Shown: positions 49,123 to 62,136, counted from the first letter of the stretch. The stretch is 64,000 bases of DNA from Macrostomum hystrix (GCA_950097015.1 CATNEN010000003.1:11284001-11348000), one strand, 5' to 3'. Numbers and translations: made by a program. The notes: generated by a model not told the origin, from the letters alone.

Positions 49123-49984
49123 GGTGTTAAGATTAAAAGAGGGTAATAATAGGACTCTTAAAAATAGATAGAAAGAAAATTTAAATGGCATGACAAAAAG
49201 TGGGACAAGGCAATTCAGTGCTTTTTTCGATACTAGTCTGCTTTAGCAGAAACTGGGTAAATTAGAAAATATTATTTTGGGAATGAAAAGCTCGTGTTTT
49301 TTTCTAAATTCGTGCACTTCTGTTTTACAAAAGCTTGTCTAGACCCTTTTCACACCTGCCTATTTGTTCTATCATTTGTCTTGCCTTGAATGACAATAGA
49401 GAAATCGACTAGGCTTTAGAATAGGGTTGCTTTTTGATGAAAAAATGATATTTAAAAGAACTTAAAATTATTTTAGGAATGCCCTGACTTAGTTATAGGC
49501 CGCATAATTAGTAAGTTTTAAATGCGTTTTTTTGTTTTAAGCTTTTCTGAAAAGTTTTCGTGTTTTTGTGGATTGTTGTCAAATCGTGTACTCAATATTT
49601 GCTCTTTTAAAGAACATATTTACGAGGTATTAGAGTTTTCTTAAGTGTTTTTGTTTACTATGAACGAGGACGTTTACTTTTTTTATTAATCATTTTTCGA
49701 ACAAACGTTGCGGAAATTAAAATTGTCTCGATCTACAAGTTGTACTAATATTAAAAGACAGATTGTTTGCTTACGATTGGAATATTTTTTCTCTATGAGA
49801 TTCTCCACTGTTCTGAGTTGTGTGAAATTTACTTGCATACCTACTTGTTTCTCTAATTTTACTAGTAGAGTGTTGCGCTTACTTTGTTTGTTGGAAGTTC
49901 ATTAAAAAATAACTTTATTCATAGAGTACGCCTGTTATTTGTCTTTCTTTTTATTGCTAATAAGTTTCTTGGTTAATAAGGATT

Positions 49985-50085
49985 TTTCGCTGACTCCGGA
50001 GCACATGCTCACACAGATGTGTACACCTGCCCTGACTTTCTCATTGTCAGGCTGTGTGCACTCTCACTGTGCTTTGGGGTGTTGA
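49985..50085 (-). mobile_element. SINE family A fragment
   Basis: ttcgctgactccggagcac...tgtgtacacctgccctgactttctcattgtcaggc matches the family body. Confidence 0.65.
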
Positions 50086-51046
50086 CCCTTATGTTACCCG
50101 ATAATAATATCAATAGTTAGTGTAGAATTCTCTCTTTTTCATTATATACTACTCACTATCTGTTTATTCAGTAGTATAGCATGGGTGCGTGACTTAAAGT
50201 TAAACAAACGGCCGTATAACTTTTTATCGTTATGCTGTCTTACTGGAATCACGATATATGTAATTTATATTTGTATAAAAATGTTATCATTGTATAGATT
50301 TTATATTGATAAAATTTATTGATTTTCTATTTTCTAAGAATATTCTTTAAGACTTATTCTAAGCAATTAATGATGATAAGTTTTGAGTTTTAAATTATCC
50401 TACTATAAAATACTTTTTTTAACAAAAATCTTTATGTTTTTAGTTGGTTAGTTATTGCCCCCTTAACTCTAAGTACCGTTTGCTTATTTTGGCTTGGCTG
50501 TACCCGACGTAATTATTGTTCAGATAAGAGCATGTATTAATAAAACTAAATCACTGCTGTAAATTCACTACTTGTAATTACAAATTGCGTTCATGGCATA
50601 CTACGCCTGTACTTAAACACTTTTCTTTACGTTCAATTTAGTGTGAATCTATCAGATTGTCTGTTGTGTTTCTCTTCTGCTTTTATTAGCCTAAGCACTT
50701 GTGTCTTGCACTGCCTAAACCTGTCTCTATGATTTGCACAGTTAAATTACATACTTTTCTTCTAAAAAATGTTTTACTGCGTCACTAAATATATGCATAT
50801 TTAAATAAATTATACAATATACTATATTAACAAGAGCACACTATTTATTGTAAAGCTGTTTGTCTTTAAAGAATTTGTATAGATAGTGACAATTGTATTC
50901 TTTTTTATTTTTACTACTTATAACGGGTTCCTTAGCAGTAGCATAGTATTATAGTGTTCCTAAAAAATTATTCAATATTCGGTGCAGTATCCATTCGTGT
51001 ACTAGACAGTATTAGGTCTTGGTTTACTGATTATACAAGCCTTCTT

Positions 51047-54000
51047 TACAGTCATATCTTTAGGTCTTATTAAACTCATCTCTTCAGGTGTTATTAAACT
51101 CAGCTCTTCAGGTGTTATTAAACTCAGCTCTTCAGGTGTTTTTAACAGTCATATCTTCAGGTGTTATTAAACTCAGCTCTTCAGGTGTTTTTAACAGTCA
51201 TATCTTCAGGTGTTATTAAACTCAGCTCTTCAGGTGTTTTTAACAGTCATATCTTCAGGTGTTATTAAACTCAGCTCTTCAGGTGTTTTTAACAGTCATA
51301 TCTTCAGGTGTTATTAAACTAAGCTCTTCAGGTGTTTTTAACAGTCATATCTTCAGGTGTTATTAAACTCAGCTCTTCAGGTGTTTTTAACAGTCATATC
51401 TTCAGGTGTTATTAAACTCAGCTCTTCAGGTGTTTTAGCAGTCATATCTTCAGGTGTTATTAAACTCAGCTCTTCAGCTGTTTTAACAGTCATATCTTCA
51501 GGTGTTATTAAACTCAGCTCTTCAGGTGTTTTAACAGTCATATCTTCAGGTGTTATTAAACTCATCTCTTTAGGTGTTTTTAACAGTCATATCTTCAGGT
51601 GTTATTAAACTCATCTCTTCAGGTGTTATTAAACTCATCTCTTCAGGTGTTATTAAACTCAGCTCTTCAGTTGTTTTTAACAGTCATATCTTCAGGTGTT
51701 ATTAAACTCAGCTCTTCAGGTGTTTTTAACAGTCATATCTTCAGGTGTTATTAAACTCAGCTCTTCAGGTGTTTTAGCAGTCATATCTTCAGGTGTTATT
51801 AAACTCAGCTCTTCAGGTGTTTTAACAGTCATATCTTCAGGTGTTATTAAACTCAGCTCTTCAGGTGTTTTAACAGTCATATCTTCAGGTGTTATTAAAC
51901 TCATCTCTTCAGGTGTTTTTAACAGTCATATCTTCAGGTGTTATTAAACTCAGCTCTTCAGGTGTTTTAGCAGTCATATCTTCAGGTGTTATTAAACTCA
52001 GCTCTTCAGGTGTTTTTAACAGTCATATCTTCAGGTGTTATTAAAATCAGCTCTTCAGGTGTTTTAGCAGTCATATCTTCAGGTGTTATTAAACTCAGCT
52101 CTTCAGGTGTTTTAACAGTCATATCTTCAGGTGTTATTAAACTCATCTCTTCAGGTGTTATTAAACTCATCTCTTCAGGTGTTATTAAACTCAGCTCTTC
52201 ATGTGTTATTAAACTCAGCTCTTCAGGTGTTATTAAACTCAGCTCTTCAGGTGTTATTAAACTCATCTCTTCAGGTGTTATTAAACTCATCTCTTCAGGT
52301 GTTATTAAACTCATCTCTTCAGGTGTTATTAAACTCATCTCTTCAGGTGTTATTAAACTCATCTCTTCAGGTGTTATTAAACTCAGCTCTTCAGGTGTTA
52401 TTAAACTCATCTCTTCAGGTGTTATTAAACTCAGCTCTTCAGGTGTTATTAAACTCAGCTCTTCAGGTGTTTTTAACAGTCATATCTTCAGGTGTTATTA
52501 AACTCAGCTCTTCAGGTGTTATTAAACTCAGCTCTTCAGGTGTTATTAAACTCAGCTCTTCAGGTGTTTTTAACAGTCATATCTTCAGGTGTCATTAAAC
52601 TCAGCTCTTCAGGTGTTTTAGCAGTCATATCTTCAGGTGTTATTAAACTCAGCTCTTCAGCTGTTTTAACAGTCATATCTTCAGGTGTTATTAAACTCAT
52701 CTCTTCAGGTGTTTTTAACAGTCATATCTTCAGGTGTTATTAAACTCATCTCTTCAGGTGTTATTAAACTCATCTCTTCAGGTGTTTTTAACAGTCATAT
52801 CTTCAGGTGTTATTAAACTCATCTCTTCAGGTGTTATTAAACTCATCTCTTCAGGTGTTATTAAACTCAGCTCTTCAGTTGTTTTTAACAGTCATATCTT
52901 CAGGTGTTATTAAACTCAGCTCTTCAGGTGTTTTTAACAGTCATATCTTCAGGTGTTATTAAACTCAGCTCTTCAGGTGTTTTTAACAGTCATATCTTCA
53001 GGTGTTATTAAACTCAGCTCTTCAGGTGTTTTTAACAGTCATATCTTCAGGTGTTATTAAACTCAGCTCTTCAGGTGTTTTTAACAGTCATATCTTCAGG
53101 TGTTATTAAACTCATCTCTTCAGGTGTTTTTAACAGTCATATCTTCAGGTGTTATTAAACTCAGCTCTTCAGGTGTTATTAAACTCAGCTCTTCAGGTGT
53201 TATTAAACTCATCTCTTCAGGTGTTATTAAACTCATCTCTTCAGGTGTTATTAAACTCATCTCTTCAGGTGTTATTAAACTCATCTCTTCAGGTGTTATT
53301 AAACTCATCTCTTCAGGTGTTATTAAACTCAGCTCTTCAGGTGTTATTAAACTCATCTCTTCAGGTGTTATTAAACTCAACTCTTCAGGTGTTATTAAAC
53401 TCAGCTCTTCAGGTGTTTTTAACAGTCATATCTTCAGGTGTTATTAAACTCAGCTCTTCAGGTGTTATTAAACTCAGCTCTTCAGGTGTTATTAAACTCA
53501 GCTCTTCAGGTGTTTTTAACAGTCATATCTTCAGGTGTCATTAAACTCAGCTCTTCAGGTGTTTCAACAATCATCTCTACATGTGTTTTAACAATAATCT
53601 CTTGAGGTGTTTTAACAGACATATCTTCAGGTGTTTCAACAATTATCTCTTCAGGTGTTTTAACAATAATCTCTTCAGGTGTTTTAAGAGTTATCTCTTC
53701 AGGTGGTATTACAGTAATCTCTTCAGGTGGTATTACAGTAATCTCTTCAGGTGGTATTACAGTAATCTCTTCAGGTGGTATTACAGTAATCTCTTCAGGT
53801 GGTATTACAGTCATATCTTCAGGTGGTATTACAGTAATCTCTTCAGGTGGTATTACAGTAATCTCTTCAGGTGGTATTACAGTCATCTCTTCAGGTGGTA
53901 TTACAGTAATCTCTTCAGGTGGTATTACAGTCATCTCTTCAGGTGGTATTACAGTCATCTCTTCAGGTGGTATTACAGTCATATCTTCAGGTGGTATTAC

Positions 54001-54115
54001 AGTAATCTCTTCAGGTGGTATTACAGTAATCTCTTCAGGTGGTATTACAGTAATCTCTTCAGGTGGTATTACAGTCATCTCTTCAGGTGGTATTACAGTA
54101 ATCTCTTCAGGTGTT
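51047..54115. repeat. 24-25 bp composite satellite sharing the CTTCAGGTG core
   Basis: Units CTTCAGGTGTTATTAAACTCAGCT and CTTCAGGTGTTTTTAACAGTCATAT are interleaved, switching to CTTCAGGTGGTATTACAGTAATCT after ~53695. Confidence 0.97.
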
Positions 54116-54555
54116 ATATGCGTCATCTGTTGATTTATTTGTATTTTAATCAACATAGACAACACTGTAAGTAGTCTATGCAATGATGTCTGGAATGTGG
54201 ATAGCAAATGTGAAATTGCTGCCAGATTTTATTAATCGTGTTCTGAGAGCATTAAAAAGTATATAGAATGAATAGTTCTTTCTCTGGACTAACTAAGGTA
54301 AAACCAATTTTGGCCAGATTTGAGTGCATGGTTAGCATCATTTATTATATTACTAGCAATTCTTGGCCAGCCTCACTAAATGACCGAGCAATCAATTTTC
54401 ACCAAAGTCTTGCGTACCCTATACCCTCTCTCTCTCTACTTCTCAACTAGCAGCCTACGTTTAATTCCAACTTGTAACTAAACTCAAGAGCAATATAACA
54501 GGCTGCTAGAAAAAAATAGGACACGAATCTGAGCTATGATTCAAGGGGTAGAAGG

Positions 54556-54590
<35 letters not shown>
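54556..54590. repeat. (TGC)n microsatellite
   Basis: About 11 units. Confidence 0.9.
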
Positions 54591-54594
<4 letters not shown>

Positions 54595-54974
54595 CTCTTA
54601 GGAGTATAGGAGTATATATAGCTAGTGTGTTTCTTTTAAAAGCAACATTTTGAGTGGCTTAACTAAAGCTTGTTTGTTATCAAGTGCTTGTTAGTTATAT
54701 AAAGAATATAAAGAATGAAGCATACATTTTTGTACTCGAACAATGCTGTCTCATTCTTGAAGCTTCGTATGCAGACTCGTTTGATTAACTAGCTCGTATA
54801 AGCGCCTGAGAAGATAAAAAACTGTAGTTGTCTTGGTTGTAATCTATTGTCTATATGACGCTTGAGTTTTCCAATTGAAAAAATTGGCTAAAAGTGTACA
54901 CTTGTAAGGGTATGGCTAGTCTTTCGGGACGGGAAATTAATAATTTTATGCCAACTTTAGTGGGGGAGTACTGA

Positions 54975-57130
54975 GAAGTTGACAGGGAGGGTGGGAAGTA
55001 GTTATGGAGGGTGGGAAGTAGACAGGGAGGGTGGGAAGTAGTTATGGAGGGTGGGAAGTAGACAGGGAGGGTGGGAAGTAGACAGGGAGGGTGGGAAAGT
55101 AGTTATGGAGGGTGGGAAGTAGACAGGGAGGGTGGGAAAGTAGTTATGGAGGGTGGAAAGTAGACAGGGAGGGTGGAAAAGTAGTTATGGAGGGTGGGAA
55201 GTAGACAGGGAGGGTGGGAAAGTAGTTATGGAGGGTGGAAAGTAGACAGGGAGGGTGGAAAAGTAGTTATGGAGGGTGAAAAGTAGACAGGGAGGGTGGA
55301 AAAGTAGTTATGGAGGGTGGAAAGTAGACAGGGAGGGTGGAAAGTAGACAGGGAGGGTGGAAAAGTAGTTATGGAGGGTGAAAAGTAGACAGGGAGGGTG
55401 GAAAAGTAGTTATGGAGGGTGGAAAGTAGACAGGGAGGGTGGAAAGTAGACAGGGAGGGTGGAAAAGTAGTTATGGAGGGTGGAAAGTAGACAGGGAGGG
55501 TGGAAAAGTAGTTATGGAGGGTGGAAAGTAGACAGGGAGGGTGGGAAAGTAGTTATGGAGGGTGGAAAGTAGACAGGGAGGGTGGAAAAGTAGTTATGGA
55601 GGGTGGAAAGTAGACAGGGAGGGTGGAAAAGTAGTTATGGAGGGTGGAAAGTAGACAGGGAGGGTGGAAAAGTAGTTATGGAGGGTGGAAAGTAGACAGG
55701 GAGGGTGGAAAGTAGACAGGGAGGGTGGAAAGTAGACAGGGAGGGTGGAAAAGTAGTTATGGAGGGTGGAAAGTAGACAGGGAGGGTGAAAAAGTAGTTA
55801 TGGAGGGTGGAAAGTAGACAGGGAGGGTGGAAAAGTAGTTATGGAGGGTGGAAAGTAGACAGGGAGGGTGGAAAAGTAGTTATAGAGGGTGGAAAGTAGA
55901 CAGGGAGGGTGGAAAAGTAGTTATGGAGGGTGGGAAGTAGTGAGGGAGGATGGGAAGTAGACAGGGAGGGTGGAAAGTAGACAGGGAGGGTGGAAAAGTA
56001 GTTATGGAGGGTGAAAAGTAGACAGGGAGGGTGGAAAAGTAGTTATGGAGGGTGGGAAGTAGACAGGGAGGGTGGGAAGTAGACAGGGAGGGTGGGAAAG
56101 TAGTTATGGAGGGTGGGAAGTAGACAGGGAGGGTGGGAAAGTAGTTATGGAGGGTGGAAAGTAGACAGGGAGGGTGGAAAAGTAGTTATGGAGGGTGGGA
56201 AGTAGACAGGGAGGGTGGGAAAGTAGTTATGGAGGGTGGAAAGTAGACAGGGAGGGTGGAAAAGTAGTTATGGAGGGTGAAAAGTAGACAGGGAGGGTGG
56301 AAAAGTAGTTATGGAGGGTGGAAAGTAGACAGGGAGGGTGGAAAGTAGACAGGGAGGGTGGAAAAGTAGTTATGGAGGGTGAAAAGTAGACAGGGAGGGT
56401 GGAAAAGTAGTTATGGAGGGTGGAAAGTAGACAGGGAGGGTGGAAAGTAGACAGGGAGGGTGGAAAAGTAGTTATGGAGGGTGGAAAGTAGACAGGGAGG
56501 GTGGAAAAGTAGTTATGGAGGGTGGAAAGTAGACAGGGAGGGTGGGAAAGTAGTTATGGAGGGTGGAAAGTAGACAGGGAGGGTGGAAAAGTAGTTATGG
56601 AGGGTGGAAAGTAGACAGGGAGGGTGGAAAAGTAGTTATGGAGGGTGGAAAGTAGACAGGGAGGGTGGAAAAGTAGTTATGGAGGGTGGAAAGTAGACAG
56701 GGAGGGTGGAAAGTAGACAGGGAGGGTGGAAAGTAGACAGGGAGGGTGGAAAAGTAGTTATGGAGGGTGGAAAGTAGACAGGGAGGGTGAAAAAGTAGTT
56801 ATGGAGGGTGGAAAGTAGACAGGGAGGGTGGAAAAGTAGTTATGGAGGGTGGAAAGTAGACAGGGAGGGTGGAAAAGTAGTTATAGAGGGTGGAAAGTAG
56901 ACAGGGAGGGTGGAAAAGTAGTTATGGAGGGTGGGAAGTAGTGAGGGAGGATGGGAAGTAGACAGGGAGGGTGGGAAGTAGACAGGGAGGGTGAAAAGTA
57001 GACAGGGAGGGTGGGAAGTAGTGAGGGTGGGTGAGAAGTCGAGAGGGAGAATGAGAAGTAGACATGATGGTGAGAAGTAGTGAGGGAGGTTGAGAAGTGC
57101 ATAGAGAAAGGGTGATAAGTCGACAGGGAG
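54975..57130. repeat. 20-21 bp G-rich composite satellite (AGTAGACAGGGAGGGTGGAA / AGTAGTTATGGAGGGTGGAA)
   Basis: About 100 units with two alternating variants. Confidence 0.97.
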
Positions 57131-58393
57131 AGTGGTAAGTAGAGAGGGAGGGAGAATGCTGAGTTGTTTCAGTGAAAATGCAGAGGGGAATAAAAAAAGT
57201 AACAAAAATCCCGAGAAAAAATTTAACTTTTTCTTCCTCTTGCTCGGGAATCAGGAGACAGAGAGTGGAAATAGAAATGAACTGTCAGTAAGAAATGAGC
57301 CTTCAACTGAGCAGCCAACCCATGCAGTGATGCAATTCACCAAGTCAGTATCATAGGCTATCTGCCTGGATCTAGCCTCTATAACCGCAGCCAATAGCAT
57401 TAGAGCATTAACCCCACCCATTTTGCATTGAGGCATTTGGCTAAAACTTACCTTCGGGCCTTAAATTGAGGCCAAATACGCACACAGACACACACACACA
57501 GCATAGAGAATATAGTAGAGAGCATAACAAGCTTGACTTTAAACTAACCGAACCTTTGGCTTCACTCTCCTGCAGCAGCAACAGCAGCAGCGGCAGTAGC
57601 AGCTATAGTATATTAAACAGTCAGTTTTTGCGCATAATTTGTATGTGTACACCTATTTGTGTAGCAACTCTCTTTAATTCTATTTAGTATCGAAAGTAAT
57701 AGCAAACCTATTCATTTTACTGTTCAGTGTGGATCGTGACGCTCGTATCTAATTGAGATTTGTTAGAAAAAGAAGATTGCAATCGAATATCTTGTAATCA
57801 AGCGAACAGGCAGGTTCACTATTATATAGATATTGGTAATTTGAGCCACGAGAATTACTCAACTGAGTTGAAGGATCAAGGTAAGCCTCGGTTGTTAGTG
57901 TTGCTACCACTTTTTTGTTGGTCATGCGGGTCGCAACCCAATAGATTGTGAGCTGAGTCTGAGTCTTCAAGGCTTAAAGGATACGCGTCTATCAATAATT
58001 AATGGACTCATTGACAGACAGGGGCCGGGGGGTATCTCATGTGCGGCATCAAGGCTCAATGATATGCTAAGTAGAAAAGAATGTCAGGCTTGTTAAACCC
58101 CCCCCGCCTGGTCCGTGTTGCGAAAGCTTGCCGCACAATTCTGATCTATTCCACCAATCTCTGACATCTGCATATAGTTAGTAGCCTCTGAGCGGAGTAA
58201 GATCAAGATAGAATATTGAGGGGGGGGAGAAAAAAGACTGGGTTAGGAAATTCCCACGATGCTCCACCCACCTTCAGTCCTTGTGCTCAGCGATTCAACT
58301 CAAATATATTGAGGGCCTCTTTGAATTGATCCTTGGTTAGTTATTCGTCAAAGAATTCATCCACCTATTTCTACACACACACAGAGGACCATC

Positions 58394-59518
58394 ATGTGGT
58401 CGCCAACATCACGGCTGCTGTTGCTGCTTCTAATAGCAGCGGCGGCAACAGTTCCGCATTATCCAGTTAGTGCTCAACTACAGAACCCGGACTACAATGG
58501 CAAAGCTTCAGTTCGCTTGAGCACACTCTACGACAAGAAGGACGATTCGGTTGACAAGTCGTGGCCGCCGGCTGCCAGCGGCGAATTCGCCAGAATCGAC
58601 GTCACCGTGATGGGCAAGAAGGTGAGCGGAGCGGCCGTCAACAGCATGGAGCCGCATCTGGACCAGATGAAGCCCAAGAAGCTAAGAAAAGTTCTCGACG
58701 GCGACCTAGACCCGAATTGGGTGTCGATAGATCGGCCTAGACAAGCCGACGCGGCTGCCGGCAATGACTCAGCTGTTGGACAATCGACCAGAGCATCGAG
58801 CAGCGGCACAACTGCTCAACTGCCGCCACAGTCGGCCCCGGATCCCAAACTGTTGGCCCACCTGGACAAGCTCAATCTGCGAACAATGCGGGACGATCTC
58901 GGCCAGCTAGTCACCTTCGATGATAAGACAGTCTACATGTTCAAATCCTGGCTAATGAAGCAGGCCGCATGCCCCGTGGAATACCTGTGGGAAGATCTGG
59001 GCGCCCTGTTCTGGCCCAGATGGATTCGGCGCGGAGTCTGCAGCTCGTTTAGCAGCTGCAGCTGGCCTCCTGGCATGAAGTGTCGCAAGAGCGGCCAGAA
59101 GGAGCTCAAAGTCCTCCGCTGGGTCTGCAACGACAAGGCCTCCATGGACGACGCTCAGGATCCGCGGCGTGGCGCTCGACGCCGATCTGCCGACGGTCGG
59201 CGGGCCGACGCCGGTCGACGCAGACGTCAGAGACGTCGCGGTAGGCGACGCCAGAGACAAACGCGCGACGGCAACAATCCGGGAGCCGCAGCCGGAGCCG
59301 GCTCGTCGGCAGCAGCTGCCGCGTCTTCTTCCGCGTCTAGCGACGATTCTCGCCCCCTGCCGGAGGGCTGGCAGGCCCGACCCAGGCGACGCGAAGGTCG
59401 CGAGAAGCGTCGACGACGACTGATTATGCGCCTGTCCAAGACTTTCGGAGACTATTTCTGCTACTGGAGGCAGATTAACTATTACGTGACAGACAGGTGC
59501 GCATGTATGTGCTCTTGA
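58394..59518 (+). CDS. nlg: Noggin-like protein (noggin domain with a long insertion), 374 aa, intronless
   Basis: Signal peptide; CPVEYLWEDLGALFWPRWIRRGVC....SCSWPPGMKC...LRWVC, then an insertion of ~110 aa, then CYWRQINYYVTDRCACMC. This is the noggin cystine-knot pattern with an insertion between Cys5 and Cys6, as in noggin-like genes. Confidence 0.92.
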   Translation: MWSPTSRLLLLLLIAAAATVPHYPVSAQLQNPDYNGKASVRLSTLYDKKDDSVDKSWPPAASGEFARIDVTVMGKKVSGAAVNSMEPHLDQMKPKKLRKVLDGDLDPNWVSIDRPRQADAAAGNDSAVGQSTRASSSGTTAQLPPQSAPDPKLLAHLDKLNLRTMRDDLGQLVTFDDKTVYMFKSWLMKQAACPVEYLWEDLGALFWPRWIRRGVCSSFSSCSWPPGMKCRKSGQKELKVLRWVCNDKASMDDAQDPRRGARRRSADGRRADAGRRRRQRRRGRRRQRQTRDGNNPGAAAGAGSSAAAAASSSASSDDSRPLPEGWQARPRRREGREKRRRRLIMRLSKTFGDYFCYWRQINYYVTDRCACMCS

Positions 59519-59852
59519 ACTGACAGCCTTAGCCAAGAAAACTGACCAATTGATGGCTATTGACTATAATTATGGCTAATTCAATGCTGTAACTGAGGAC
59601 CGAACCACAAAAAAACTATTGTATTTCTTGTCCACTGATTTTATTTCTCGTCATTTGTTTGCATATATTAGGAGAGAGGAAAATAGAGAGAAAATCAGTA
59701 GTGACATTTGGTCTGGTCTTTTACTTTTACATTTTCGTGCGTGTTATCACCTTTGAAACTTTTCACTTCGTTGTTCTTGTCAAAGCTGTCTTTAGATTAT
59801 GGGTTTTTAGGTTTTCAAATAGATTTGAAACACTCTTCGCTTTCTCTTCTCT

Positions 59853-60112
59853 CCTGTCTCATCTCCCTGGTATCATTATTTCCCTGTCTCATCTCCCTGG
59901 TATCATTATTTCCCTGTCTCATCTCCCTGGTATCATTATTCCCCTGTCTCATCTCCCTGGTATCATTATTCCCCTGTCTCATCTCTCCCTGTCTTATCTC
60001 TCCCGTGTCTCATCTCTCCCTGTCTCATCTCTCCCTGTCTTATCTCTCCCGTGTCTCATCTCTCCCTGTCTGATCTCTCCCCGTCTCATCTCTCTCCCCT
60101 GTCTTATCTTTC
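59853..60112. repeat. 30 bp then ~16 bp pyrimidine-rich tandem repeats 3' of the noggin-like gene
   Basis: (TCCCTGTCTCATCTCCCTGGTATCATTATT)x4 followed by TCTCATCTCTCCC(GTG/TG) units. Confidence 0.9.
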
Positions 60113-60636
60113 CCCTGAATCATCTCTTCTCTGGGTTTAGGCCATAGACAGTGAACTTCTATTCTAGTTAGCAACAATTATTTTTAGGATAGATTATTTT
60201 AGATCTGCAGGTCTGAATAATCTATCGTATCAGCTGTAGACAAGCTGTTTAATCTTACATATATTACATTCACACATATGGATCTCATTGTCTGTCGTTA
60301 TCTCATAGTCTCTCATAGTGCATTACAATAAATTGTCATGTTTTGTTGCTTTTGTAAAATTTGTGTTTGTTTTTTTAATCTCTCATTCGTGTTGGATGCG
60401 AAATCAATGATTTCAATTTAAGGCGAATCGTCCTGGACCTCATTGTACATTTGTTCTATCTGTAGTTGAACTCGTTTTATTTTTTTACAACCAGTACAAC
60501 AAGTAGTTAATATTTTCTCACATCATGTACAAAGATGTAATTTCCCATTTTTCGCGAATTTTACCTGTTTTTCTACGCAGAAATGATTTTATAATTAGTC
60601 ATTGACAATGTTTGACCAAGTAATAATGCTTTAGAA

Positions 60637-61183
60637 CAGGGGTAGGCAAACTTATTTGCTGGCGGGCCAAAGAGAGAACCTAAAAGACGACAGCGGGCCG
60701 CATTGACTGTATAAATATGAGATAGGGGAGAGATGAGACACGGGAGAGATGAGACACGAGAGAAATGAGACACGGGAGAGATTAGACACGGGAGAGATGA
60801 GACACGGGAGAGATTAGACACGGGAGAGATGAGACACGGGAGAGATTAGACACGGGAGAGATGAGACACGGGAGAGATTAGACACGGGAGAGATTAGACA
60901 CGGGAGAGATGAGACACGGGAGAGATTAGACACGGGAGAGATGAGACACGGGAGAGATTAGACACGGGAGAGATGAGACACGGGAGAGATTAGACACGGG
61001 AGAGATGAGACACGGGAGAGATGAGACACGGGAGAGATTAGACACGGGAGAGATGAGACACGGGAGAGATTAGACACGAGAGAGATGAAACAGGACATTG
61101 TAGATGTCAGAAGGGGCAACGGGCCGGATTTGGGAGCTTCGAGGGCCGCATCTGGCCCGTGGGCCGGAGTTTGCCGACCCCTG
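60637..61183. mobile_element. hAT (Charlie/Buster-type) MITE containing a 16 bp minisatellite
   Basis: TIR CAGGGGTAGGCAAACT / AGTTTGCCGACCCCTG. TSD CTTTAGAA at 60629-60636 and 61184-61191 (central TA). Subterminal GCGGGCC motifs. (ATGAGACACGGGAGAG)n at 60717-61088. Confidence 0.92.
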
Positions 61184-61537
61184 CTTTAGAAAAACTAACT
61201 TTAGCTGTACGTGTACATTTAGCATACTTAACATGATCAAACAGCACACAACAATAAGAATTTGCCCAAACCACAGAAATATTAAGTTTATTGCTTTTGA
61301 CCTCACATTATATTGGCACCAAATTTCGATAACAGAAACCTTAATAACAATTTTTCCTTTGTCTGTTTAATAAAAGAACCAATTATGCATAAACACAGGT
61401 TAATCTGTGTTCACGTGCTTAACCTGTTCTGTTCTCATTTTTAACCAAGGATTAGCAGAACTGTATTCTGTTCGTGACTTTGCTCAGAAAAAAATGAGTT
61501 TTTGATTTGTGAGAAGCACAGTCAACAAGTTAATTTT

Positions 61538-62136
61538 TTACGATTCCTCGATTTGGTACGATTCCTTTATTTGGTGCGATTCCTTAATTTGGTGCGATTC
61601 CTAGATTTGGTACGATTCCTTAATTTGGTGCGATTCCTAGATTTGGTACGATTCCTTAATTTGGTTCGATTCCTCGATTTGGTACGATTCCTTAATTTGG
61701 TGCGATTCCTAGATTTGGTACGACTCCTTAATTTGGTACGATTCCTCGATTTGGTACGATTCCTTAATTTGGTATGATTCCTTAATTTGGTGCGATTCCT
61801 AGATTTGGTACGATTCCTTAATTTGGTGCGATTCCTAGATTTGGTACGATCCTTTATTTAGTGCGATTCCTTTATTTGGTGCGATTCCTTAATTTGGTAC
61901 GATTCCTCGGTTTGGTACGATTCCTTAATTTGGTATGATTCCTTAATTTGGTGCGATTCCTAGATTTGGTACGATTCCTTATTTCTTTGATTCCTCGATT
62001 TGATACTATTCTTTGATTTAGTACGATTCCTCGTGTTCGTACGATTCTTCGATTTAGTCCGATTCCTCATTTAGTACGATTCCTCAATTTAGTACGATTC
62101 CTCGATTTAATACTATTCCTCGATTTGGTACGATTC
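61538..62136. repeat. 18 bp minisatellite (TACGATTCCTTAATTTGG)n
   Basis: About 33 units, degenerating rightwards. Confidence 0.95.
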
